Shown here: one piece after another, positions 1-10,325 of the stretch | Layout: each line of letters opens with the position of its first letter | How positions within the stretch are numbered: position 1 is the first letter of the stretch | Source: an uncultured delta proteobacterium | GTDB taxonomy: Bacteria > Desulfobacterota > Desulfobacteria > Desulfobacterales > JAFDCJ01 | Assembly: GCA_963769935.1 (NCBI GenBank) | Contig: CAVYNY010000009.1 | Span: forward strand, 32,001-96,000 | Length of the DNA: 64,000 nt | Direction: 5' to 3' | Position numbers and translations under genes: made by a program | The notes under the pieces: model-generated | What the model was told of the DNA's origin: nothing | The model's input: the letters and a program-made list of their open reading frames with translations, nothing else | The model's database searches: none

Positions 1-2075
1 TGGTAGGTCTCCTGGCATTTGGTGCATAATCTTCGAACCAGCCGTTGCGCCAGTACGCCGAGAAAGGAATCCGAAATGTTCAACGCATTCATTCCCATAT
101 CCATTAGTCGGGTCAGTGTTTCAGGAGCATTGTTGGTATGCAGGGTCGACAATACCAGATGGCCGGTGAGCGAGGCTTCGATGGCAGTGGCAGCCGTTTC
201 TCGGTCCCGCATTTCACCGATCATGATGATATCCGGGTCAAGTCTTAAAAAACCGCGCATGATTCTGGCAAAATCGAGTCCGATCTTGGGGCTCACCTGC
301 ACCTGGCGCAGTCCGGCCTGGGTGATTTCCACCGGATCTTCAGCCGTCCATATTTTGACGCCGGACTGGTTGAGGTGGCCCAGAAAAGCATGCAGGGTGG
401 TGGTCTTGCCCGAACCGGTGGGACCGACGCACAAAACCAGTCCATAGGGTTTGGCTATGATTCTTTTCATGACTTTCAGGTTGCGCTCATTCAATCCGAT
501 TTCTTCAATTTTAAATGCGGAGGATCTTGTCAAAATTCGCAAAACCACGTCCTCAAATCTTCCGGCGGTCGGCATGGTGGACATTCGTAGCTCAAATTCG
601 GGGATGCCTTTGCGTCTCAATTTTATTTTTCCGTCCTGCGGACGCCGCTTTTCCGCAATGTCCAGATCGGCCATAATTTTAAGCCGCGATACAATGGCCG
701 GGGCCATAGCGTTGGGCACCTGGATATATTCATGGCAGACACCGTCCGTACGAAAACGGATGATGGTTTTGCGGGTTATCGGAGACGGTTCGACATGAAC
801 GTCCGATGCGCCATTGCGGAAGGCCGTAACCAAAACCTGATCGACGAATTTGACGACCTGACTGGATGATTCATCCAGGCCGGCGATGTCTTCAGCGATT
901 TCTTCCTCTTCTTCGAAAGTGACATCGGGTATGATCTCATCCAGATCGTTAAAGTTGCTGTCGACCATCACATCGGCACGGGGATCAAAGAAGTGAGTGA
1001 TATACTTTTCAATGTCCTCCTTAAAGCCGACGCTGAAGTGGATTTTCTGATTGGTCATCAAAGCTCTGATGTGGTCTGTTTTGCGCAGGTCTTTCGGATC
1101 ATCAACGAGAATCTCCACGCCCGTTTTGTCCCAGCCCAGCGGAACCCAGACATAATAAAGCAGGAATGACTTTTTAAGCTTGCCGATCAGCTCGTAAGGA
1201 ATCGGAAGCTCAATCTCATAATCCCGATATCGGCATCCGAAAAACAGCGACAGCGATTTGCCGACTTCATCTTTATTTACACTGAAACGATCAACAAGCA
1301 CAAATTCAACACTTTTGTTTATTTTTTTGGCAATGGCCAAAGATTCCTGCAGTTGATTGGTGGTGACAATTTTATTTCTGACCAGGTAATCGTAACGCGA
1401 ACTGGATGAAATTTTTGCCTTTAATGAATTCAGTCGATCAAAAATTTCCTTATTGGAGGGATCGATTTCGGCTGCGGTCTCATAGAGCTCATAGGCCAGA
1501 TCGTTTTGGTCTTTCTTTTCCAGCTGCAATCCAAGCCAGTATTTTAATTCGGCGGTTTCTTTTTCCTTTAAATTGTGCTTGTAGATAACTTTATAGGCTT
1601 CTTTGACGGCCTTCTGAGGTTGTTTGATATCCAGCAAACAGCATAGATAGTCACGTATGATTTTAACCAGTGAGTAATCTATTTTGGAATAATCAAATTT
1701 AGTGTAATCAAACTCCAGCAGCTTTTCATATTCTGCAATAGCCTCATCCATCAAGCCCAGTTCTTTTAGCGCGGCAGCTCCGTCAAGCAAGGTGGGAACA
1801 TCGTCATGAACAGACAGGGTCTTTTTGAAGATAGAGATATCCTCTTTGCTAAATCCTTTATTGTCCGCTTCTTCCCGAACCTGGATGTCCTTTTTTATTT
1901 TTTTTATTTTTGATCGAACCGTCTCACGAATTTGGCCGTCCTTGCCTGGTAATCCACTCAGAATCTGCTCATAGATAGTCAGAGATTCGTTCATCATTCC
2001 CATGGAATAACACGTTTCAGCTTCCTTTATTCTCATCTCCATCTCAGACTGGGTGATCGGTTGAATGTCATTCAT
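1..2075 (-). CDS. PilB/GspE-family secretion or pilus ATPase with N-terminal TPR-like extension (3' end outside window)
   Basis: Manual translation (absent from ORF track): starts MNDIQPITQ at 2075. Contains ASDVHVEP, RFRTDG, LDIAEKRRPQDG, Walker A GPTGSGKTTT, AEDPVE, DPDIIMIGEMRD, TGHLVLSTLHTN and CTKC. Confidence 0.9.
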   Translation of the reverse strand, partial: MNDIQPITQSEMEMRIKEAETCYSMGMMNESLTIYEQILSGLPGKDGQIRETVRSKIKKIKKDIQVREEADNKGFSKEDISIFKKTLSVHDDVPTLLDGAAALKELGLMDEAIAEYEKLLEFDYTKFDYSKIDYSLVKIIRDYLCCLLDIKQPQKAVKEAYKVIYKHNLKEKETAELKYWLGLQLEKKDQNDLAYELYETAAEIDPSNKEIFDRLNSLKAKISSSSRYDYLVRNKIVTTNQLQESLAIAKKINKSVEFVLVDRFSVNKDEVGKSLSLFFGCRYRDYEIELPIPYELIGKLKKSFLLYYVWVPLGWDKTGVEILVDDPKDLRKTDHIRALMTNQKIHFSVGFKEDIEKYITHFFDPRADVMVDSNFNDLDEIIPDVTFEEEEEIAEDIAGLDESSSQVVKFVDQVLVTAFRNGASDVHVEPSPITRKTIIRFRTDGVCHEYIQVPNAMAPAIVSRLKIMADLDIAEKRRPQDGKIKLRRKGIPEFELRMSTMPTAGRFEDVVLRILTRSSAFKIEEIGLNERNLKVMKRIIAKPYGLVLCVGPTGSGKTTTLHAFLGHLNQSGVKIWTAEDPVEITQAGLRQVQVSPKIGLDFARIMRGFLRLDPDIIMIGEMRDRETAATAIEASLTGHLVLSTLHTNNAPETLTRLMDMGMNALNISDSFLGVLAQRLVRRLCTKCQETY

Positions 2076-2216
2076 ATGTTTGAGTTCCGATTCAGATTAT
2101 GCGTTTATTCCTAATTCATCCGCCCTGAAAAATACATAGTAGCTATCGGCTGATTCCAGGCAAACTTTAGCGGGGTGCAGGTGATTTATGAACGGTAATT
2201 TCAGTTGATTGGCACA

Positions 2217-2244
2217 TTGACAGGAAGGATTTCCAATTTATACT
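2217..2244 (+). promoter_or_regulatory. sigma70-type promoter
   Basis: TTGACA-16 bp-TATACT upstream of the zinc-ribbon gene. Confidence 0.5.
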
Positions 2245-2395
2245 TTTTCTGGTATAATTTTTTTGAGTGAGCCCTTCGTGGTGGGGTTGGCGCAGGCAAG
2301 CTGCCAAAAACATGTTAATTGGAAGTTGGTGCTGCTAAAACTCCGCTCCCGGCGGAATTAAAATTAATCCTGACTGAAATAGATGAGGAACTAAA

Positions 2396-2710
2396 ATGCC
2401 CGTTTATGAATATGAACACGAGGGAGCACCCTGCTCACTGGGAAAGGTATTTGATGTGAAACAATCCATCGAAGACAAACCGCTCGCCAGGTGCCCCCAA
2501 TGCTGCGGTAAGGTTCAAAAAATTGTATCCCGCATCAACATCAGCTGTCCCAAAACAAACACCGAATTGCGTGATCTCGGGTTTACCAAGCTGGTAAAGC
2601 GCGACGACGGCGTCTATGAGAATGTTACGGCCCGTGGAAAGGACAGTCGCTACATGATTAAAGGCAAAAACGAGACGATCCCGGATTTGAGCAAGACCAT
2701 AAGCGATTAG
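2396..2710 (+). CDS. FmdB-family zinc-ribbon protein
   Basis: MPVYEY start, CPQC motif, GAGGA RBS. Confidence 0.8.
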   Translation: MPVYEYEHEGAPCSLGKVFDVKQSIEDKPLARCPQCCGKVQKIVSRINISCPKTNTELRDLGFTKLVKRDDGVYENVTARGKDSRYMIKGKNETIPDLSKTISD

Positions 2711-2865
2711 CAAACAATTCTCGCAATGAAAAAAGGGGGTTGTCTGAAATGAATTCAATAGAAGGGAAAGGCTAAGCGTTACTTGCCGGTAGTCCGTTGT
2801 CTATTGTATGTCTATTGTAAAAAAAGAATCCAACATATAATGACAACAGACCACTGACAAATCAA

Positions 2866-4335
2866 TTATTTCGTCAATTTAGCCACTAAAAATCCGGCGT
2901 TCCTGCGCCAGATGAATAAATGGGCGGCTTCGCCGTCTTTTAACTTTTGCACGGCGGCCTTGTATTCGTTCACGCTCCCGATGACCCGGTGATTGATTTC
3001 CTTGATGATATCTCCCATCTGGACACCGCCCTGATCGCCCTGGCTGCCGGACTGCACGTTAACGACCACGACACCGGTCATATCTTCGATGTTAAACTGC
3101 TGGGCCAACTCAGAGGTTAACTCCGCTACCCGAATACCAAGCTCTTCCTCCTCCTCGGGTTTCGGGGGCGTACTGCGGGAGGCAAGTTTTTCATCATCCC
3201 GTTTGGCAAGTGCGATGTAAAAGGTTTGTGGTTTTCCGTTGCGAAAAACGTCTACTTTGGCCTTCTCGCCGACTTTGAGACCGGCGATCATCGTCGTCAG
3301 CTGTCGGCTGGTTTCAATTTTCCGGTCATTGACCTTCAAGATTATGTCCTTGGCCTCTATACCGGCCTGGTCGGCCGGATCTCCCTCGAACACATCGGCC
3401 ACCAGCACACCTTTGCGATCCTTGAGACCGTAATAATCCGCCATATCAGGGGTAAGATCCTGAATAGCGACCCCCAACCAGGCGCGGGTGACCTCGCCTT
3501 CTGATTTAAGCTGGGCGATGACGCCTTTGGCCAGATTGGCAGGAATTGCAAACCCGATTCCCGTTCCGCTGGCAATAATGGCTGTGTTGATTCCGATGAC
3601 CTCTCCATTCATGTTAAGCAGCGGTCCACCGCTGTTGCCGGGATTGATGGAGGCGTCGGTTTGAATAAAATCATCGTAGGGGCCGGAGCCTATGACCCTT
3701 CCCTTGGCGCTGACGATGCCGGCGGTCACCGTGCGTTCCAGGCCGAAGGGGCTGCCGATGGCAACGACCCATTGGCCGATTTTCAGCTGGTCGGAATCGC
3801 CCATTTGGATAGTCGGCAGATCTTTTTTCGAGTTTATCTTGAGCAGCGCCAGGTCCGTATTGGGATCCCGACCCACGACTTCGGCATCGAACTCGTTGTC
3901 ATCGTCGAGCTTGACCCTAATCTGATCGGCATCTTCGATCACATGGTTATTGGTAACTACATGACCCTGCTTGTCGATGATGAAACCCGAGCCGACACTG
4001 GGCTGTTTGAATTCTCTTGGCATTTCTTCACCGAAAAACCGCTCAAAAAAATCCTTGAAAGGACTTTCATGCCCATAGGGGTCCTGTTGAAAATGCCTGA
4101 AAACCGGACCACCGCCCTTGATCGTTTTAACGATTCGAATATTCACCACGGCCGGACCCGCCATTTCCACCAGATCACTGAAACTTTTAGGAGCGTCAAA
4201 GGTAGGCGTCGATTTTGCATATAGCAGCGGACTGAGTCCAAAATCTGTTGCAACAAGCAGTCCACCGAGCAGGATGAGAAAAATGGTAAAGGTTTTTAAT
4301 TTTGTTTTGTTCCTTGATACTTCCATCGCGCCCAT
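2866..4335 (-). CDS. degQ: DegQ/HtrA periplasmic serine protease with two PDZ domains
   Basis: GSGFII, TNNHV, DLALL, IQTDASINPGNSGGPL. Start uncertain (4326-4359). Confidence 0.92.
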   Translation of the reverse strand: MGAMEVSRNKTKLKTFTIFLILLGGLLVATDFGLSPLLYAKSTPTFDAPKSFSDLVEMAGPAVVNIRIVKTIKGGGPVFRHFQQDPYGHESPFKDFFERFFGEEMPREFKQPSVGSGFIIDKQGHVVTNNHVIEDADQIRVKLDDDNEFDAEVVGRDPNTDLALLKINSKKDLPTIQMGDSDQLKIGQWVVAIGSPFGLERTVTAGIVSAKGRVIGSGPYDDFIQTDASINPGNSGGPLLNMNGEVIGINTAIIASGTGIGFAIPANLAKGVIAQLKSEGEVTRAWLGVAIQDLTPDMADYYGLKDRKGVLVADVFEGDPADQAGIEAKDIILKVNDRKIETSRQLTTMIAGLKVGEKAKVDVFRNGKPQTFYIALAKRDDEKLASRSTPPKPEEEEELGIRVAELTSELAQQFNIEDMTGVVVVNVQSGSQGDQGGVQMGDIIKEINHRVIGSVNEYKAAVQKLKDGEAAHLFIWRRNAGFLVAKLTK

Positions 4336-4468
4336 AATTGTATGGATCTCCTTTCTCAAGTTAATTGAGGGTAAAGGGCGTGCGCCGGCCCCGGAGAGAC
4401 CGGCTTTTCCTGATAAAACGATAATTGTGCCGCACTGGAAAATTTAGATTTACTCTTTAATTAAGGCC

Positions 4469-4496
4469 TTGACAAGGCAAAATGTGTTGATAGAAT
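4469..4496 (+). promoter_or_regulatory. sigma70-type promoter of Gld-like operon
   Basis: TTGACA-16 bp-TAGAAT. Confidence 0.5.
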
Positions 4497-4607
4497 TGTT
4501 GCAAAATCGCATTCGAAACCGATGCTGCGGGCAACTGCCACCCGCAAACACCATAATAATAAGACAGTTTTCCGGCATTGCCACCCCGATTCAAACAGGA
4601 GATGGGT

Positions 4608-5546
4608 ATGATCCAGGTTGAAAATTTAACCAAATATTTTCATGACTTTTGTGCGGTGGACGCAATCAGCGTTGACATTCAGAATGGGGAGATTCTCGGA
4701 TTGCTGGGCCCCAACGGCGCCGGTAAAACCACCACCTTGCGCATGCTCACGGGATTTTTACAGCCCACCGCCGGCAGTATTCGGGTTAAAGACTACAGCA
4801 TTGATGAACATCCGCTGGAAATCAAAAAGATTCTGGGTTATCTGCCGGAATCCGCACCCCTGTACCATGACATGCTGGTCTACGACTATTTGAATTATGT
4901 GGCCGACATCCGGGAAATCGACAAACGACGCAAACCGGACCGCATCCGTCAACTGGGCGATTTGTGCGGCATCAACAATGTCATGCACCAGCCGATCGGC
5001 GAACTTTCCAAGGGCTACAAACAGCGGGTAGGATTGGCCCATGCCATGATGAACGACCCGGAAATTCTTATCCTGGATGAGCCGACCTCCGGTCTGGACC
5101 CCAATCAGATCGTCGAAATCCGGCAAATTATCAAACGAATCGGCAAAGAGAAGACCATCATTCTGTCCACCCACATATTGAGCGAAGCCGAGGCTACCTG
5201 CGACCGGGTGGTGATCATTAACAAGGGGAAGATCGTCGCCGACGACAGCACCGAAAACCTGAAGGAATCGGCCGGAGATAGAAAATATGTTCAACTGAGC
5301 CTGCAGAATGCCGACTTTAAATCCGTCGACATGGCCTTGGCCGCCATCGATGGCATCACGGGGGTCACGCGCATCGATGAGACGGACCACCAGCTGGATG
5401 TGCGCATCGACTGCCGCTCAGCCGCTGATCCCCGGGCGGAAATCTACCAAAAAATCAAACAGACTGACTGGGTTGTGTTGGAATTTCACCAGAAAACCCA
5501 AACCCTTGAAACCATATTTCGCGAGCTTACCATCAATGGAGAGTGA
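4608..5546 (+). CDS. ABC transporter ATP-binding protein (GldA-like)
   Basis: GPNGAGKTT, LSKGYKQRVG, ILDEPTSGLD. AGGAG RBS before ATG 4608. Confidence 0.9.
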   Translation: MIQVENLTKYFHDFCAVDAISVDIQNGEILGLLGPNGAGKTTTLRMLTGFLQPTAGSIRVKDYSIDEHPLEIKKILGYLPESAPLYHDMLVYDYLNYVADIREIDKRRKPDRIRQLGDLCGINNVMHQPIGELSKGYKQRVGLAHAMMNDPEILILDEPTSGLDPNQIVEIRQIIKRIGKEKTIILSTHILSEAEATCDRVVIINKGKIVADDSTENLKESAGDRKYVQLSLQNADFKSVDMALAAIDGITGVTRIDETDHQLDVRIDCRSAADPRAEIYQKIKQTDWVVLEFHQKTQTLETIFRELTINGE

Positions 5547-5549
5547 ATA

Positions 5550-6254
5550 ATGCGGCAGGCCATTCAGATTTTCAGAAAAGAATTCAGGTCCTATTTTGTC
5601 ACGCCGATTGCCTACATCGTCATTGCAATTTTCCTGCTGGTGACAGGCTGGTTCTTTTTTGCCACCTTCTTTTTATTCGGCCAGGCAACCTTGAGAAACT
5701 TTTTCTCACTGCTGCCGATCATCTTTTCATTTGTCATACCGGCCGTCACGATGCGGCTGGTTTCCGAAGAATTAAACATCGGTTCCTATGAAATTCTGAT
5801 GACCATGCCGGTCACCTTCACCGACGTGGTCATCGGAAAATTTCTGGCAGCGCTCGCCTTTGTGGTTGCCATGCTGATACCGACCCTGGCCTACCCGATT
5901 ACGGTCTCGACCATGGGACAGCTCGATTGGGGGCCCGTGGTCGGCGGCTACATCGGCGCCGTTCTGCTGGGTGCCGCCTTTTGCGCGATCGGACTGTTCG
6001 CATCCACCTTGACCCGCAACCAGATCATCGCATTTATTATCGGCATGGCGATTTGCTTCATCCTGACGCTGATCGACAAAATGGTTTTTTTTCTGCCGCG
6101 GTCCCTGCTGGGGGTTATGGCCTATCTGGGGGCGGATTATCACTTTCAGAATATATCAAAAGGAATTATCGATTCCCGCGATATCATCTACTTTTTAAGC
6201 GTGTGCTTTATCGGGCTGTATGCGGCTTATCTGGTCTTAAGGGAGAAATACTAA
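5550..6254 (+). CDS. ABC-2 permease (GldF-like)
   Basis: About 6 TM helices, TMRLVSEE..GS.E.L, NQIIAF, GIIDSRD. Confidence 0.85.
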   Translation: MRQAIQIFRKEFRSYFVTPIAYIVIAIFLLVTGWFFFATFFLFGQATLRNFFSLLPIIFSFVIPAVTMRLVSEELNIGSYEILMTMPVTFTDVVIGKFLAALAFVVAMLIPTLAYPITVSTMGQLDWGPVVGGYIGAVLLGAAFCAIGLFASTLTRNQIIAFIIGMAICFILTLIDKMVFFLPRSLLGVMAYLGADYHFQNISKGIIDSRDIIYFLSVCFIGLYAAYLVLREKY

Positions 6255-6264
6255 GGAGAGCACC

Positions 6265-8481
6265 ATGGCAGATATAAAAAAATCGGGAAAATATATCAAG
6301 TTTATTATTTACCTGATTGTCGTCGTACTGGTTAATGTGGCCGGGATCACGCTGTTTGTAAGATCGGACCTGACGGCCAGCAAAATTTACTCGATTTCCA
6401 AAGCCAGCCGAGCGGTCGTAGAATCCCTGTCCGAACCATTGACCATCAAGGTCTTCTTCACCAAGGACCTGCCCGCCCCCTATAACAATACCGAGCGCTA
6501 CCTCCAGGACCTTTTGCAGGAGTATACATTATATGCCAACAAATTCTTCAATTACGAGTTTTATAATGTCAGCGCTGAAGAAGGCGAAATCACCGCCAAT
6601 GCCCGTGAAAACCAGAACCTGGCCAACAACTACGGTATTCATCCCATTCAGATCCAGGTTGTCGAAAATGACGAGGTCAAATTTCAAAAAGCTTACATGG
6701 GACTTGTTATGATTTATGGCGATTTGATCGAGACCGTTCCGACGATAACCACCACCGAAGGACTGGAATATACGCTGACCACCACCATCCAGAAGATGAA
6801 CAATAAAATTGGTGCCCTGTTGGGCCTGCCCGAAAAGATCGACATCAAGCTCTATTTGTCTTCTTCCCTCGATGCCGTTGCACCGCACATGGGTATCCGC
6901 GATCTGGCGGGCATGCCGGAGGAGATACGAACGGTTGTAGATAAATTGAATCAGAAACTTTACCATAAACTGCAATACCAGTATATAGATCCCACCCGGG
7001 AGCAGGAGCTGGAAACCCTTGCCGGTCGATACAATGTCATGACGCTATCCTGGCCGGCCCTTGGCAAGGGCAAGGTCCCGCCCGGCAAGGGCGCCATCGG
7101 ACTGGTCATGGAATACGATGGTAAATCATTGACCGTGCCTTTGCTGCAGGTGATCCGGCTGCCCCTTATCGGAACCCAGTATCGCCTGACCGAAATGGAG
7201 CAAATGGAGGATACGATCAACAGCAATGTCGAACGGCTCATCGACATCAATGAAGATATCGGGTATCTGGCTGATCACGGCACCCTGGATCTGAACGGAG
7301 CTGCTCCCAATCTTCCCGGCCGCCCGCCGAACCAGGAATCGGCCACCAACTTTCGCACCCTGATCTCCCGGAACTACACCATCAAGGATGTCAAATTAAA
7401 GGACGAGGGCATTCCCGAAGGCCTGAATTGCCTGGTAATAGCAGGTCCGACAGAAAAATTTACCGATTTTGAGCTGTTCCAGATCGATCAGTTCCTCATG
7501 CAGGGCAAGAACCTGGCCCTCGTACTGGATCGTTTTAACGAAGTCATGCCGTCCGGACAGCAGGGCATGAATTTCGGACAGCAACCCATTTTTGTCCCGC
7601 TGGACACCGGGCTTGAAAAGCTGCTGGAGCATTATGGAGTCCGCATCCAGCAGTCCTATGTAATGGATGAAAACTGCTACCGCCAGGAAATGCCCGAACA
7701 GTTAGGCGGCGGTGAACGCAAAATTTACTATGCGCCTCTGATTAAAAATCGCAATATCAATCAGGACCTGGACTTCATGAAAAATATCAAGGTGCTGGTG
7801 GCCCTGAAAATATCGCCGCTGGAGTTGATTGCCGAGCGCATCACGCAAAATAAATTAAAAACCTACCGCCTCTTTGCGTCGTCGGAAAAATCCTGGCAGA
7901 TGCGCGGTCGCATCAATTTAAATCCGTTGTTTATCAAACCGCCGGCTGCATCGGACGATATGCAGAGCTACCCCCTGGCGTATCTGCTTGAAGGCGAATT
8001 CCCCAGTTATTTTGCCGGCAAACCCATGCCGGTAAAAGAAACAGCCGCCAAGGAAGGTTCGGAGAAAAAAGACCCCGAGCCGAAGACCGGTTCGGAAAGT
8101 TCCGACCAGAAATCGGACATCGATTTATCCCGCATCGAAAGCAAGGGGCAGTTTCTGACTGTCGGCAAGCCCGGCAAAATATTTTTAATGGCCTCCGCCG
8201 ATATGCTGAAAAACAACGTATTGGACGCCGACGGAAAAGGTTCCAACGCCGTCTTGATTCAAAACGTTGTCGATTACCTGAACGGCCGTGAAGACATTGC
8301 CGTTATGCGCGGCAAGGAGCAGAAGTTAAATCCGCTGGAGGAAACTCCGTCGGCGGTCAAAACATTTGTCAAAACCTTTAATATCGCCGGCCTTCCGGTC
8401 TTGGTCGTTATATTCGGCCTGGGCGTGTGGTTCCGCCGCCACTCCCGCAAAAAATATATTCAAATGATGTTCAGCAAATAG
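6265..8481 (+). CDS. GldG-family ABC auxiliary component
   Basis: N-terminal TM, DLT..KIYSIS, LVIAGP, IDQFLMQG, C-terminal TM. Confidence 0.85.
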   Translation: MADIKKSGKYIKFIIYLIVVVLVNVAGITLFVRSDLTASKIYSISKASRAVVESLSEPLTIKVFFTKDLPAPYNNTERYLQDLLQEYTLYANKFFNYEFYNVSAEEGEITANARENQNLANNYGIHPIQIQVVENDEVKFQKAYMGLVMIYGDLIETVPTITTTEGLEYTLTTTIQKMNNKIGALLGLPEKIDIKLYLSSSLDAVAPHMGIRDLAGMPEEIRTVVDKLNQKLYHKLQYQYIDPTREQELETLAGRYNVMTLSWPALGKGKVPPGKGAIGLVMEYDGKSLTVPLLQVIRLPLIGTQYRLTEMEQMEDTINSNVERLIDINEDIGYLADHGTLDLNGAAPNLPGRPPNQESATNFRTLISRNYTIKDVKLKDEGIPEGLNCLVIAGPTEKFTDFELFQIDQFLMQGKNLALVLDRFNEVMPSGQQGMNFGQQPIFVPLDTGLEKLLEHYGVRIQQSYVMDENCYRQEMPEQLGGGERKIYYAPLIKNRNINQDLDFMKNIKVLVALKISPLELIAERITQNKLKTYRLFASSEKSWQMRGRINLNPLFIKPPAASDDMQSYPLAYLLEGEFPSYFAGKPMPVKETAAKEGSEKKDPEPKTGSESSDQKSDIDLSRIESKGQFLTVGKPGKIFLMASADMLKNNVLDADGKGSNAVLIQNVVDYLNGREDIAVMRGKEQKLNPLEETPSAVKTFVKTFNIAGLPVLVVIFGLGVWFRRHSRKKYIQMMFSK

Positions 8482-8498
8482 AAAAATAGGACAATAAA

Positions 8499-9545
8499 AT
8501 GAGGTTAAAAAAAGAATACATCATTCTGGCTGTTATCATCATTGCACTATCTGTTTATCTTTACAAACGCAGCTCAGACCGCACCCTTTACGAGCTGCCG
8601 AAGATTCCCAAAATTACCCAGAAGGATATCACCAAACTGCAGATCACGAAGGGCAAAACCGCCATCGTCCTCAGTAAGAAGGATGATAAGTGGTATATCG
8701 AGCCGGCCGGGTATCCGGCCGATGCCAACAAAGTCAAGGATATGCTCAACGCGCTTGAAAACTTCACCTTAACCGCGCTGGTCTCCGAATCCAAAGATTA
8801 TAACCGCTACGAACTCGACCCGGAGCAAAAGATTAATGTCAAAGCCTGGCAGGGCGACGACCTCAAGCTGGACTTTGATTTAGGCAAGACCGCCTCCTCT
8901 TATCGCCACACGTTTGTGAAGCCTTCCGGGGAGGAGCGGGTTTTTCATGCCCGCGGCAATCTCAAAAACAGCTTTGACCTGAGCGTGGACCAACTCCGGG
9001 AGAAAGCAGTTTTAGCCTTCAATCCAACCGACATTCAACAGGTCCAGATCAGCAAGGATCAGCAGTCCCTGGCCTTCACCCGAACTCCGGTGCCCGTGGA
9101 GGTAAAAAATCCGCAAACAGAGAAAAAAGAAAGCTCATCCGAGGTAAAAACCCCGGACACGGAGAAAAAAGAAAGTTCATCACCGCCGGCCCAACGCCTC
9201 GTCTGGCAGGCTGCAAACGGAAAGCCGGCCAATGAAACCGCCTTAAACCAATTGCTCAGCACCCTCAGCAATTTGCGTTGCGAGAAATTCATCGACGATC
9301 GCAAAAAGGAGGATTACACCTCACCGTTGTTTACGCTCCAGCTGAAAGGCCCTAAAGAATACAGCCTTGCCATATTTGCCAAAGCCGATGATAAAGATAC
9401 CGCCTTCCCGGCCGTTTCTTCGGGCAGCGGCTACCCGTTCCAGCTATCAGACAGTCAGGTGAACCGCATCATGAAAGCACCCGACGACTTTCTGCAAAAA
9501 TCTGAAGCGGACCAGAATAAAGCCGAACCTCAAAAGCAGAAGTAA
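8499..9545 (+). CDS. DUF4340-type exported protein
   Basis: N-terminal anchor, W.I..P.GYPAD..KV motif, typical fourth gene of Gld-like operons. Confidence 0.7.
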   Translation: MRLKKEYIILAVIIIALSVYLYKRSSDRTLYELPKIPKITQKDITKLQITKGKTAIVLSKKDDKWYIEPAGYPADANKVKDMLNALENFTLTALVSESKDYNRYELDPEQKINVKAWQGDDLKLDFDLGKTASSYRHTFVKPSGEERVFHARGNLKNSFDLSVDQLREKAVLAFNPTDIQQVQISKDQQSLAFTRTPVPVEVKNPQTEKKESSSEVKTPDTEKKESSSPPAQRLVWQAANGKPANETALNQLLSTLSNLRCEKFIDDRKKEDYTSPLFTLQLKGPKEYSLAIFAKADDKDTAFPAVSSGSGYPFQLSDSQVNRIMKAPDDFLQKSEADQNKAEPQKQK

Positions 9546-9578
9546 AGAATCCTGGCCCAGACGACCAGGTTTTCAATG
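9543..9578. repeat. dispersed 36-bp repeat R1, copy 1
   Basis: TAAAGAATCCTGGCCCAGACGACCAGGTTTTCAATG, near-identical to 13881 and 43380. Confidence 0.85.
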
Positions 9579-9590
9579 GTAGAATATACC

Positions 9591-10325
9591 CTAGTGGGTC
9601 AGTATCTTGCTGATGAATTGGGCCGCCCGGTCGGTTTGGGGATTGTCGAAAAACTGATCCGGCTTGCCCGTTTCCACCAGCAGCCCGTCATCCATGAATA
9701 TAACGCGATGCGCAACCTGCCGGGCAAAGCCCATTTCGTGGGTTACCACGCACATGGTGATTCCCTCTTTGGCCAGCTGGACCATAACATCGAGCACCTC
9801 CCCGATCATCTCCGGATCCAGCGCGCTGGTGGGCTCGTCAAAGAGCATTATTTTGGGATTCATGGCCAGTCCCCGGGCTATGGCCACTCGCTGCTGCTGG
9901 CCGCCCGACAACTGGGCCGGATAGGAATCCACCTTTTCTGCCAGGCCGACTCTGGCCAGGGTTTTGCGGCCCAACTTTTCAGCTTCCTTTTTGTTTATCT
10001 TGCGGACGTGGACCGGCGCCAGGGTGACGTTTTGCAGAGCCGTCATGTGGGGATAGAGATGAAATTGCTGGAAGACAAAGCCGATATCGGCCCGTAACTT
10101 GGTCAGGTTGATGCCGTAATCGTGCAGCGCGGTTCCATCCACGATCAGCTTGCCTTCCTGAAACTTTTCCAGGCGGTTGATGCACCGAATCAGTGTGGAT
10201 TTGCCCGATCCGCTCGGTCCGCAGATAACCAAAACTTCGCCGGGTTCGACCTGCAAATTAATGTCTTTGAGAACATGCAGTTTGCCGAACCATTTATTGA
10301 CATTTTCAAATTCGATCATGGTCAT
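9591..10325 (-). CDS. polar amino-acid ABC transporter ATPase (GlnQ-like)
   Basis: GPSGSGKST, LSGGQQQRVAIAR, FDEPTSALDPE. Start overlaps the upstream stop codon (ATGA). Confidence 0.92.
   Translation of the reverse strand: MTMIEFENVNKWFGKLHVLKDINLQVEPGEVLVICGPSGSGKSTLIRCINRLEKFQEGKLIVDGTALHDYGINLTKLRADIGFVFQQFHLYPHMTALQNVTLAPVHVRKINKKEAEKLGRKTLARVGLAEKVDSYPAQLSGGQQQRVAIARGLAMNPKIMLFDEPTSALDPEMIGEVLDVMVQLAKEGITMCVVTHEMGFARQVAHRVIFMDDGLLVETGKPDQFFDNPQTDRAAQFISKILTH

Noticed and set aside
19..798. Plus-strand ORFs at the window start
   Set aside because: Antisense shadows of the PilB/GspE gene
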